NCBI GenBank assembly: GCA_004124385.1
Contig: SCKN01000001.1
Location: 246,606-278,605 of the forward strand
Direction: 5' to 3'
DNA from: Fidelibacterota bacterium
GTDB taxonomy: Bacteria; Fidelibacterota; Marinisomatia; Marinisomatales; TCS55
Length of the DNA: 32,000 nt
The notes beneath the pieces were generated by a model, which searched no databases, was not told the DNA's origin, and saw only the letters and a program-made list of their open reading frames with translations. Numbering within the stretch: position 1 is the first letter of the stretch; each line of letters opens with the position of its first letter. The translations under genes were made by a program, and so were the position numbers. Below, piece after piece: positions 8,707-17,793 of this stretch.

Positions 8707-10065
8707 TTAGAATTCCATATTTATAGAAAAACGCATTGTATTGGCCAGAGGATGGTCGGGTGCACCAGAAGTATAACCAAAATCAAAACCGTAGTTTGCA
8801 AATCGCAAACCAACACCAAACGTTGGATTCATGATTTTTCCAGTTTTATCGTAATAATACCCTGCGCGTAAAGCAAAATATTTTCCATACCAATATTCCA
8901 TGCCAACATTGTGCACAAGCTTATCAAGTTCATTCATTATTGTACGTTTTTTTGCGCTACCCACTTCTTTTTGTCCGTATTCATTATAAGCACCCCAACC
9001 GTCGTCACCGGGCTCACCTTCTGTAGCAATCATTTCACCTTCAGCAACATCAATTTCACCATTACCATTATCATCATTCCAACGGTAACCACCTATAATA
9101 TGATCGTATTCGTCGCTTGATGTTCTCGTCATATCCATATCACCACCAATTAGCCAATCATCGACCCAAGATGTAAATATTCCTATATAGATTGGATCAG
9201 AATGAGCTCTTTCATGTTGTCCATCGCTATTATACTCTGCATTCTTATCAGATTTATGACCTTCTTCATCATAACCACCAATATAACCATCACCATCCCA
9301 GTCCATATCAGGATATGCTGCAACAAGGAGCTTATCTACATCATAGACCAAAGAGAGTTTATTGAACTCTGAATTGACTAAAGCATAGTTAAATCCAAGT
9401 GTGAAATTAGTTGGCTGGGGATCTGCTTGAGCAGGATCGATAAATGACACTTTGGGTCCTATATTAGTGATGGTTAACCCAATAGTAAGATTTGGAGAAA
9501 GAAACTCTTTTCTTAAATATCCAATATCAAATCCAAAGTCTGTAGATGTTCCTTTTCCCTTTTCACCACCTGCACCAAATTCAGTAAGATGCTGATAGGA
9601 GACTTTAGCATTAATCCCCAGCGACGATTTGGGGGATAATAATGAACTATAAGATAATGTGAAAGCCATCATATAGCTGGTAAATGTACCCAGATAATCT
9701 TCCGCAGATTCACCCATACGAATTTGTTCGCCTAGGTTTAAGTAAATAAGATGCCCACCAAGTGTACCTAAATATGGAAAATGTTTGCGATAAGCAAAAA
9801 ATTCGTAATACATATCATCAGCTAAATTGGGTAGCCAGTTTACGTGCATGAGGGCCATTTCTGATCCTTTTAGAAAGGCTAATCCGGCTGGATTCCAAAA
9901 GCTTGCATAAGCATCATCCGCAACGGCAACATGCGCTTCGCCCATCCCACCAGCACGAGCGCCGGGAGAAATAAGTAAAAAGATGGCTCCAGCTTCACTT
10001 TGGCCATATAAAGGGCGTGAAAATGTTAAAAAGGCCATGGTTGCGACCATGATCAATCGTTTCAT
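8707..10065 (-). CDS. PorV/PorQ family outer-membrane barrel protein
   Basis: AIFLLISPGARAGGMGEAHVAVADDAYASFWNPAGLAFLKG is the PorV/PorQ N-terminal signature; barrel-like repeats; ends NTMRFSINMEF. Confidence 0.85.
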   Translation of the reverse strand: MKRLIMVATMAFLTFSRPLYGQSEAGAIFLLISPGARAGGMGEAHVAVADDAYASFWNPAGLAFLKGSEMALMHVNWLPNLADDMYYEFFAYRKHFPYLGTLGGHLIYLNLGEQIRMGESAEDYLGTFTSYMMAFTLSYSSLLSPKSSLGINAKVSYQHLTEFGAGGEKGKGTSTDFGFDIGYLRKEFLSPNLTIGLTITNIGPKVSFIDPAQADPQPTNFTLGFNYALVNSEFNKLSLVYDVDKLLVAAYPDMDWDGDGYIGGYDEEGHKSDKNAEYNSDGQHERAHSDPIYIGIFTSWVDDWLIGGDMDMTRTSSDEYDHIIGGYRWNDDNGNGEIDVAEGEMIATEGEPGDDGWGAYNEYGQKEVGSAKKRTIMNELDKLVHNVGMEYWYGKYFALRAGYYYDKTGKIMNPTFGVGLRFANYGFDFGYTSGAPDHPLANTMRFSINMEF

Positions 10066-10162
10066 CGGTATGTTCTCCTGTTTTGACGGTTATCCCGTCG
10101 TATTATTCTATTATTAATTAATAACGATTTTGTTTCGATTTTGCTCCTTTTTAACGCCGGCG

Positions 10163-10192
10163 AATATATCTCGTGTATGTATCAATAGTCAA
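10163..10192 (-). promoter_or_regulatory. candidate sigma70-like promoter upstream of the PorV-family gene
   Basis: Reverse complement reads TTGACT-(18 nt: ATTGATACATACACGAGA)-TATATT, in one of only two intergenic gaps over 100 bp and correctly oriented for the gene starting at 10065. Consensus in this lineage is unknown. Confidence 0.4.
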
Positions 10193-10224
10193 GAAATGAA
10201 TAATTCATGTGATTGTTCCCACAT

Positions 10225-12033
10225 TTACTTTAGTAACCCAAGTGAAATGATTGGAACATAAGTAATAAGCAATACTGCGATAAATCGAACAATAAAAAAA
10301 GGTAACGTCGCTTTATAAATTGTTGGCATATCCTTATTAAAACGATAAGCAGATAAAAATAAATTTATCCCTACCGGTGGAGTTACAAAACCAAGTTCTA
10401 GATTCGCTATGAAAATAATTGCTAGATGAATAGGATCAATTCCAAAATGAAGCCCTAATGGCATAATGAGTGGAACAATAACAATAATAGCTGAAAAAAT
10501 ATCCATGAGACAACCAACAGCTAAAAGCAAAATATTCAACATTAATAAGAAAACAAATTTTGATGAAATTGTTGCTTTAACCCAAGAAAGTAATTGACTG
10601 GGTATTTCTGCATCAACAAGATAGCTCGTCAATCCCATGGCAACACCCATAATGATTAACACCCCACCAATCAATGTTGCACAACTCAAAACAATTTGTG
10701 GAAAATCACTCATTTTTAAATCTTTATATACATAAACTTCTATTACAAAAGTATAAAAAACCAAAATAGCTGCCGTTTCCACTAAAGTAGTGAATCCACC
10801 AAAAACACCAAACAACACTAAAAAGGGAATTAACATTTCCCATTTTGCTGCCCATAAAGCAGAACCTATATTTTTAACATTAAATGAGATTGTTTTATGA
10901 TTTTGCTTTTTATCTTGAAAAATAGCCCAACTCGCCACTGCTAAAACAAGTACAATTCCAGGAATAAAACCTGCTATAAAAATATCTTTAACAGATACTC
11001 CAGCCGTCACTCCAAAAAGTATTACCGGCAAACTGGGTGGAAATAGTAAACCTAAAGAACCAGCCACAGTAATCAATCCCAGTGAAAACATTTCATTATA
11101 TCCTTCTTTTCTCAATAACGGATAAAGTAAACCGCCTAAAGCTAAAATTGTTACTCCAGAGCCACCAGTAAGCGCAGTAAAAAAGCCACTGAGGAACACA
11201 ATAACAATTGGAGTACCGCCGGGGATCCAACCAAATAACACCCTAAATACATTAAACATTCTTTGTGAAGAACCGCTTTCAGCTAAAATGTATCCAGCCA
11301 ATGTGAATAAGGGAATTGTAGGTAATGCAGGTGAAAGGGCAATCCGGTAAGCCTCTGCAGGTATAGCAGCAATAGATATATTATCGCTCCAAAATAGAAG
11401 GCCTGCAATTCCTCCCAAACCCACAAAGATTGGAGCACCGTAATAAAGGGAAACAAGAATGGCGACAATACCAATAATAAGGATGAATGTATTTTCATTA
11501 AACGCATCAGAAAATGCAATAAACATCCACACAAAAGCCATTATTAACATAGAACTACGCATCATACGGTTATTAAAACTGCTATAAAATACTTGGATGG
11601 CCATTAGCGTGAAACCCACAGGCATTATAGCTTGGGCAAACCATCGTGGAATATTTTGAGCAATATCAAAAGGGTGTTGAAATTCAATTCTAATCAAACT
11701 CCAACTTCCCCACATCAATGAAATAATAACAATAAATGAAATGTTTTTCGCTAACCAACGCCCAAAATGAAACTCCTCATCAGCTTGAAATAAGGGTTTT
11801 GTTGTTAGAGCTAATAATTTATTTTGACGGGTAGCCAGGACTGCACCAACAAATCCGATCCAAAGAGTCATGTGCTGTACCAAAATGATCGATGCGGGCA
11901 CTCCTGACCTACCAAACAATCGGGATAATGTTTCAAATGCAGGTAGAAATGCTAAAAGAAAAAATACAGTTAAAGCAAGAATGTCCTCGCCGCCTTGGAG
12001 ACGTTGAGTGATTGGCTTTTTTTGCCTAGCCAT
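10225..12033 (-). CDS. dctM: TRAP transporter fused small (DctQ-like) and large (DctM) permease
   Basis: About 170 aa N-terminal four-TM DctQ-like segment (LVQHMTLWIGFVGAVLATRQNKLLAL), then a DctM domain: PLFTLAGYILAESG, FFTALTGGSGVTILALGGLLYPLL, LGLLFPPSLPVILFGVTAGVSVKDIFIAGFIPG, LGFVTPPVGINLFL. Confidence 0.92.
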   Translation of the reverse strand: MARQKKPITQRLQGGEDILALTVFFLLAFLPAFETLSRLFGRSGVPASIILVQHMTLWIGFVGAVLATRQNKLLALTTKPLFQADEEFHFGRWLAKNISFIVIISLMWGSWSLIRIEFQHPFDIAQNIPRWFAQAIMPVGFTLMAIQVFYSSFNNRMMRSSMLIMAFVWMFIAFSDAFNENTFILIIGIVAILVSLYYGAPIFVGLGGIAGLLFWSDNISIAAIPAEAYRIALSPALPTIPLFTLAGYILAESGSSQRMFNVFRVLFGWIPGGTPIVIVFLSGFFTALTGGSGVTILALGGLLYPLLRKEGYNEMFSLGLITVAGSLGLLFPPSLPVILFGVTAGVSVKDIFIAGFIPGIVLVLAVASWAIFQDKKQNHKTISFNVKNIGSALWAAKWEMLIPFLVLFGVFGGFTTLVETAAILVFYTFVIEVYVYKDLKMSDFPQIVLSCATLIGGVLIIMGVAMGLTSYLVDAEIPSQLLSWVKATISSKFVFLLMLNILLLAVGCLMDIFSAIIVIVPLIMPLGLHFGIDPIHLAIIFIANLELGFVTPPVGINLFLSAYRFNKDMPTIYKATLPFFIVRFIAVLLITYVPIISLGLLK

Positions 12034-13046
12034 TATTCAGATATTTGCTTCAATGCGTCCAATGAATCTTTTTCAGCCATGTATCCTGTGACTATGTCAA
12101 AAATTTCTTCTGACACATATTTTCCCCTTATTTCAGGATACCATGTTTTTAAATAATTTTTCCAATGTTCTTTTTCTTCTGTGGTGGGTTTATAAACCGT
12201 CAATCCGTATTCCTGCATTACTTTAATTGCTTCATTATCCATATGACGTGTTTTTTGTTGATGCATTATGCCAATATCACGCGCGATGGATTTCATTTTA
12301 ACTTGATTTTCTGTAGAAATTCGATTCCAAATTCTTTTATCAATGATCACTGCAGCTGTTAACAATCCCCAGTTAATATCAAGCATATAATTGGCCGTAG
12401 CAAACCATTGTTGTGACAAAGCATATAATGGTGTTGTTGCAATTGCATTTATAAGACCCGTTTGAAATCCTGATAATACATCTATCGAAGCCAAAGGCAC
12501 AGCTTGAAATCCTGCACGTTCCCATAAGTTTTGAGTACGATAATCACCTGCCCATGTAAAAATTTTCTTATCCTTGAGATCATCTAAATAAACTATCGGT
12601 TCTGATGTAAACCACTTGGCCCAACCAATATCAGCCCACAATAGAACTTCAAATCCATTGTTTTTTATTCCTTCCTCAAGATGAGAAGACATTTTTTGCC
12701 TGAGCCAATCGACATCGTCATAATCATCAAAAATCAACGGAATAACAAATCCTGTAACATCTGGATTAATTTCAGATAAGCCTTCAGATGATATAGCCGC
12801 AGCATGAATTTGACCTATTCTCATTTTTCGAATCATATCTCGTTCATCACCTACAACTCCACCTGGATAAATTCGTAACACTATTTGTCCATTAGTTGCT
12901 TCTTTCCAACGTTGTCCCAGTTCAACAAGCATGCCATGCCAATCAGTACCTTCAGGAACTAATGTTGCCATTTTAATAATAGTTTTTTTGGCGGTGGCTT
13001 CACCCATTAACAAGAGACAAAAGACTATGCGGTATAAAGTATTCAT
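12033..13046 (-). CDS. dctP: TRAP transporter substrate-binding protein (DctP family)
   Basis: Signal peptide; KMATLVPEGTDWHGMLVELGQRWKEATNGQIVLRIYPGGVVGDERDMIRKMRIGQIHAAAIS; PLASIDVLSGFQTGLINAIATTP. Overlaps the start of the permease gene. Confidence 0.92.
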   Translation of the reverse strand: MNTLYRIVFCLLLMGEATAKKTIIKMATLVPEGTDWHGMLVELGQRWKEATNGQIVLRIYPGGVVGDERDMIRKMRIGQIHAAAISSEGLSEINPDVTGFVIPLIFDDYDDVDWLRQKMSSHLEEGIKNNGFEVLLWADIGWAKWFTSEPIVYLDDLKDKKIFTWAGDYRTQNLWERAGFQAVPLASIDVLSGFQTGLINAIATTPLYALSQQWFATANYMLDINWGLLTAAVIIDKRIWNRISTENQVKMKSIARDIGIMHQQKTRHMDNEAIKVMQEYGLTVYKPTTEEKEHWKNYLKTWYPEIRGKYVSEEIFDIVTGYMAEKDSLDALKQISE

Positions 13047-13898
13047 TTAGTAAAAGAGCTCATCTGTTCTAGAAAGTAACCAAAGTGCCCGTTTACGGGC
13101 AATCATATTTCCCAATGATAATTCCTTATTTTTTTCTAAATCCATAGCTAATACTTCATTAAGCAATGTAACAAATTTGTCCTTTTCTTGTATGGATACT
13201 AGTACATTTTCAGCAAATGAAACTTTAGCTCCAGCATCTTGATTACTTGAAAATAACATAGCTTGTCTATAATGTATTTTTGCATTTTCAACATTATTCC
13301 CCAATAGATCAGTTCGAGCCATTGAATAGGAAATCAATGCAGAATGAATAGCCCCAAAATTCCATGCTGGATAAATCACCAGGGCTTTTTCCAATAAATA
13401 GCCAACAATCGGAAGTTGAATTACCCACTTGGCTTTTCCTCTGCTTGATCCAATTGCACCTCCATAAGCAGCACCGAGCCAATACAAATACGGTACATCA
13501 TTTTCGGTAAATGTTACGTCTTCTGTAATCCAATCCATCATATTTTGTAGTTGAGGATGACGAAGTTGTAAAGATGTTTTTCCATGGGAAATAGCCAGTT
13601 CAAAACTTTCTACTGCTTTTAAATAAAGGTCCTTTCCTGATTCATAATCACTTTCAATTATACGATCTGCTTTCTCAACCATAAACGCATACGTAAATTG
13701 TGTCCGTAATTTTGTAGCATCCAAATAAAGTATTGCATCATTGCCATCAAGTTTTTTCTCGGCTTTTACTACTTTGCGATAAAAAACATCATTCGCAAAA
13801 TCAGGATAATTCACCAAATAATACGCAGTGGAACAGGATGTAAACCATAAGCTCATGGATAAAGAAATTATTATTTGAAAAAAACGATTAGTTAACAT
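13047..13898 (-). CDS. tatT: TRAP transporter TatT component family lipoprotein (TPAT system)
   Basis: Lipoprotein signal SMSLWFTSCSTAYYLVNYP; helical repeat region with PYLYWLGAAYGGAIGSSRGKAKWVIQLPIVGYLLEKAL..YPAWNFGAIHSALISY; directly upstream of and co-directional with dctP and dctQM. Confidence 0.8.
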   Translation of the reverse strand: MLTNRFFQIIISLSMSLWFTSCSTAYYLVNYPDFANDVFYRKVVKAEKKLDGNDAILYLDATKLRTQFTYAFMVEKADRIIESDYESGKDLYLKAVESFELAISHGKTSLQLRHPQLQNMMDWITEDVTFTENDVPYLYWLGAAYGGAIGSSRGKAKWVIQLPIVGYLLEKALVIYPAWNFGAIHSALISYSMARTDLLGNNVENAKIHYRQAMLFSSNQDAGAKVSFAENVLVSIQEKDKFVTLLNEVLAMDLEKNKELSLGNMIARKRALWLLSRTDELFY

Positions 13899-13941
13899 GG
13901 GGTTGAATTTAGATATTTTATTGAAAAAGATAGGAAAATGA

Positions 13942-15240
13942 TCAATTCAACAGATCATCATAGAGAGGAAAAGAATAGCATAACTCTTTAACAGTAGCAT
14001 TGACATGATTGATTATGTTATCATTTTCCGGATCAACAATTATTTGATCAATCAAATCGCAAATAATTAACATTTGCTCCTCTTTTAAACCACGAGTAGT
14101 CACAGCAGGAGTCCCAATACGAATTCCACTTGTAACAAAGGGGCTACGTTCATCAAAGGGAACCATATTTTTATTTACAGTGATGCCGGCTTTTTCAAGT
14201 GCAAGTTCAGCAGCTTTACCTGTAATACCCTTATTCGTCAAATCAATTAAAATAACATGAGTATCTGTTCCACCTGAAACCAAATGATAATCTTTTTTCA
14301 AAAAAGCATCTGCAAGAGCTTGGGCATTTTTAACAATTTGATTTGTATAAACTTTAAAAGAAGGTTGCAATGCTTCACCAAAGGCTACTGCTTTGGCCGC
14401 AATGATATGCATTAATGGGCCACCTTGAATTCCCGGCATAACCATGGAATCTATTAATTCAGACATATTTTTCACACGGCCTGATTTTGGAGCCACAACA
14501 CCAAATGGGTTTTCCATATCTTTGCCCATCATAATCATACCACCTCGTGGTCCACGTAAAGTTTTATGAGTTGTAGTTGTTACCACATCACAAAACGGCA
14601 TGGGTGAAGGATGAAGACCGGTTGCTATCAATCCCGCAGGATGAGCAATATCAGCCATTAAGAATGCACCAATCTCATCAGCAATATTTTTAAAATCCTG
14701 AAATTCAATAAATCTTGGATATGCACTTCCGCCACAGATAATCAACTTCGGTCTATGCTCTTTAGCTAATTTTCTGACTTCATCAAAAATAACTCGACCT
14801 GTTTTCCTATCAACCTGATAAGAAACTACATTAAATAGTTTTCCAGAAAAATTCACAGGACTACCATGAGTCAAATGACCGCCATGAGCCAAGTCAAGAC
14901 CCATAATTAAATCACCGGTTTTTAAAAATGTGAGCAACACCGCCATATTAGCTTGAGAACCGGAATGAGGCTGAACATTTACATATTCAGCATTAAACAG
15001 CTTTTTGGCACGATCCCTTGCTAAATTTTCGGCTTCATCCACATGTTCGCATCCACCGTAGTATCGTCGCCCAGGATACCCTTCTGCGTACTTGTTGGTC
15101 ATTACTCCGCCAGCCATTTCCAAAACTGGATAACTGACAAAGTTTTCTGATGCGATTAATTCGAGGGTTGCTTTTTCACGCACCACTTCTCGCATTAATA
15201 TATTATATAATTCAGGGTCAGCATCTTTAAGATAATTCAA
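13942..15240 (-). CDS. glyA: serine hydroxymethyltransferase
   Basis: [42 protein letters not shown]; PLP-lysine motif [19 protein letters not shown]; full length 432 aa. Confidence 0.98.
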   Translation of the reverse strand: MNYLKDADPELYNILMREVVREKATLELIASENFVSYPVLEMAGGVMTNKYAEGYPGRRYYGGCEHVDEAENLARDRAKKLFNAEYVNVQPHSGSQANMAVLLTFLKTGDLIMGLDLAHGGHLTHGSPVNFSGKLFNVVSYQVDRKTGRVIFDEVRKLAKEHRPKLIICGGSAYPRFIEFQDFKNIADEIGAFLMADIAHPAGLIATGLHPSPMPFCDVVTTTTHKTLRGPRGGMIMMGKDMENPFGVVAPKSGRVKNMSELIDSMVMPGIQGGPLMHIIAAKAVAFGEALQPSFKVYTNQIVKNAQALADAFLKKDYHLVSGGTDTHVILIDLTNKGITGKAAELALEKAGITVNKNMVPFDERSPFVTSGIRIGTPAVTTRGLKEEQMLIICDLIDQIIVDPENDNIINHVNATVKELCYSFPLYDDLLN

Positions 15241-15260
15241 AACTAAACTCTTCTATCAAT

Positions 15261-16526
15261 TTACCACTTTGATTCTTTTTTAAGTTTTTCATTTATCCAA
15301 TTATAACAACTACTTCGAGGTGTTACATATCCTTGATTTTTTACATCATCATCAAGCATAAACCATTGTGTTTTCTTAAACAATACTTCATTTTCACTCA
15401 ACCAGGAATTGGAGTATTTAAAACGACTATAGCCAAGTTCATTTGCTTTATTAAAGTTTCTATTTGCAAATGTTGCTACCACTCTATCATCCAATGATAT
15501 TGCGGGGCTCCTGCAATCCTGAAATGATTTATAATATACATTTCCTTTTCTACCGTATGATTCACCATTATTTCTATCAATAGAAATAGCCTTATCAGCC
15601 CAGCGTAATGCTTTTGCATATTTTTGGTTTGCTGTATTTACATCACAAATTTTTAATGCAATATTAATATCTCGTGGATTCAACTCAAAAAGTTCCTCAT
15701 AAGCATTTGATGACTTATTCAAATCATCAGCGCTGAAATATGCTTGCCCAAGCTTTCGAAAAGCCAATTTACTGGTTTTATCCAATCGAATAACTTTATT
15801 CAACACATCAACAGCTTCATCGGGTTCATCATTTGATAGTAGTCGATCCGCTAGATCTAAGCCATACGAAACATTATCCGAATTATTTTCAAAGCGTTTT
15901 CTATAAACATCCAATGGATCCTTACCCGTTTTTTCATATACAAGAGCAATTTCGCTTTGTGCTTTTTCATTCGTTGGATCTTTTTCCAAAATCTGTTCTA
16001 GAAAATCTATTTGATCATTATACAATCCTTGATCTCCATATAATTCTGATAAGTCCATTACAATATCCAAATCATTAGGCATTAATTCAATCAATCGATT
16101 TAATTCTGCAATCTGTAAATCTTTTTTATTTTGTTTCGAATATGCGTAGACCAGACGTTTACGCAATTGCACATTATTAGGCAATAGTTGCAACCCTTTC
16201 ACTAATACAAATTCAGAACTGTCATATTCACCTAAAAATTCATAAGCAATAGCATAATATTGATAAACTTCTTGTGGGTCATCGCGATCACATCCTAAAT
16301 CAACAATGTCTCTATACACGTTGATTGTCGATTGCCAGTCCCTATTTTTATAATATTCAGCAGCGCTACTTAATAACCTTGGACAACGAACATCACGTAA
16401 AGAGTCTAAATATGCTTCATAAGCTGCATCTTCATCTCCTTGTCCATCTTCTGGTGGAACACACATTGATAAAAACAATGCTGCTACAGCAATGGTGATT
16501 ATTTTTATTATATGAATTGATTTCAT
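15261..16526 (-). CDS. TPR-repeat lipoprotein
   Basis: Preferred start is the internal Met (MKSIHIIKIITIAVAALFLSMCVPPEDG, lipobox-like) rather than the ORF-track start at 16559, which overlaps the upstream gene. Multiple TPRs (DEAVDVLNKVIRLDKTSKLAFRKLGQAYFSADDLNKSSNAYEELFELNP). Confidence 0.75.
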   Translation of the reverse strand: MKSIHIIKIITIAVAALFLSMCVPPEDGQGDEDAAYEAYLDSLRDVRCPRLLSSAAEYYKNRDWQSTINVYRDIVDLGCDRDDPQEVYQYYAIAYEFLGEYDSSEFVLVKGLQLLPNNVQLRKRLVYAYSKQNKKDLQIAELNRLIELMPNDLDIVMDLSELYGDQGLYNDQIDFLEQILEKDPTNEKAQSEIALVYEKTGKDPLDVYRKRFENNSDNVSYGLDLADRLLSNDEPDEAVDVLNKVIRLDKTSKLAFRKLGQAYFSADDLNKSSNAYEELFELNPRDINIALKICDVNTANQKYAKALRWADKAISIDRNNGESYGRKGNVYYKSFQDCRSPAISLDDRVVATFANRNFNKANELGYSRFKYSNSWLSENEVLFKKTQWFMLDDDVKNQGYVTPRSSCYNWINEKLKKESKW

Positions 16527-16536
16527 TATGCTTACC

Positions 16537-17793
16537 TCACTTCGGTCTTCTTTTAACAAACCACAAATCGCCTAATTGTAAACCAACCGAGAAATGTTGA
16601 ATGTTTTCATTAGAAATAATTTCGCTAGTGCGAATACCATACTTATATGCAAAGTCAATTTGATTATTTGCAAATCCAAATTTAATTCCAAGCCCAATTG
16701 CAATACCCATCTCATCCACACTAACATTATCATATTCCAAAAAATCTTTTCGAAAATATACGCTACCTCTATACTGTAATTTCTGAGAAAACTGAAATGC
16801 AACAGCGGGTGAAAATTTTGCGAACCCTAATGAAAACTGCTGTGACTGCTTTACATAATAAGATATTAAAGGAAAAAGTGATGCCGATTTATCACCATTA
16901 TCCTTCCAACTATGAGCTTCAAACATTAAGTGAACTTTATTTGCCATTAACATATCAAAACCAAATCCCAATTCAATTGGTTTTAATACATTATTATAAA
17001 TATTCAAATCTGCTGTTGGAACACTGGAAGGAGTTGGAATATCAGCGCTATCGTAATAGCCATTTAGGTTAACATCTTCAAATGGTTGAAATGAATGATG
17101 TTTTATTTTTAAAGCATTTAATGATCCACCAAACATGAAATATAAATTCAATGGATTTTTATTTTTATTAAATCGATCCGATGACAAAAATACTTTATAA
17201 AGTGAACCGGAATATATTTGTCTATGGAATTGATGATAACTACGTTGATCAATTGAAAATTTGGCATCTTTACGTAAAGAACCAAATAATACATCTAATT
17301 CAACCGCCATATTTTCTTTATTAGTTAGGGGAAAACAAAAAGCTGTATATAAGGATGAAACTCCTCCAGATCCATCTAGGGATCGCTGCGTAAAAAGAGT
17401 GTCGCCTTCTAAATAAAATTCTGTTTGATTATCAACAATCATATATTGCTGATTAAAAAGAGGCTTCAAACCAAATCCCCAGGCATAATTTTCACCAATT
17501 GAAACTGCAAATTGAGCGCTGCTTATACCAGTTAATCCATTTACTTTTGAATCATTGGAAAATTCATCACCTTTATAATTTGCCGTTAAATATGCAAACT
17601 TCAAATTATTCCATGTAACAGGATTTGAAAGAGAAATATTTTGATTGAATGAAGGAACTATTCCACGACTGGACATAGCTAATGATGCAGCATTATGATT
17701 AAAGGAAATTAATCCAAGACCATACGCATTATGAATTGACTGCCCAAACAAAACAGACATTAATGAAAATAGAATTAGTCTACGGAGCCACAT
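16537..17793 (-). CDS. putative outer-membrane beta-barrel protein (FadL/PorV-like, uncharacterised)
   Basis: Likely start is the internal Met MWLRRLILFSLMSVLFGQSIHNAYGLGLISFNHNAASLAMSSRG (ORF track extends to 17826). Alternating beta-rich pattern with NPVTWNNLKFAYLTANYKG. Confidence 0.6.
   Translation of the reverse strand: MWLRRLILFSLMSVLFGQSIHNAYGLGLISFNHNAASLAMSSRGIVPSFNQNISLSNPVTWNNLKFAYLTANYKGDEFSNDSKVNGLTGISSAQFAVSIGENYAWGFGLKPLFNQQYMIVDNQTEFYLEGDTLFTQRSLDGSGGVSSLYTAFCFPLTNKENMAVELDVLFGSLRKDAKFSIDQRSYHQFHRQIYSGSLYKVFLSSDRFNKNKNPLNLYFMFGGSLNALKIKHHSFQPFEDVNLNGYYDSADIPTPSSVPTADLNIYNNVLKPIELGFGFDMLMANKVHLMFEAHSWKDNGDKSASLFPLISYYVKQSQQFSLGFAKFSPAVAFQFSQKLQYRGSVYFRKDFLEYDNVSVDEMGIAIGLGIKFGFANNQIDFAYKYGIRTSEIISNENIQHFSVGLQLGDLWFVKRRPK

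Noticed and set aside
10085-10099. GACGG/CCGTC hairpin as a rho-independent terminator
   Set aside because: The stem is only 5 bp and has no following T-tract on the minus strand, so it is not called as a terminator.
16527-16559. Upstream start for the TPR lipoprotein (ORF-track start 16559)
   Set aside because: It would overlap the upstream gene and place 11 non-signal residues before a good lipoprotein signal (MKSIHIIKIITIAVAALFLSMC), so the start at 16526 is preferred.
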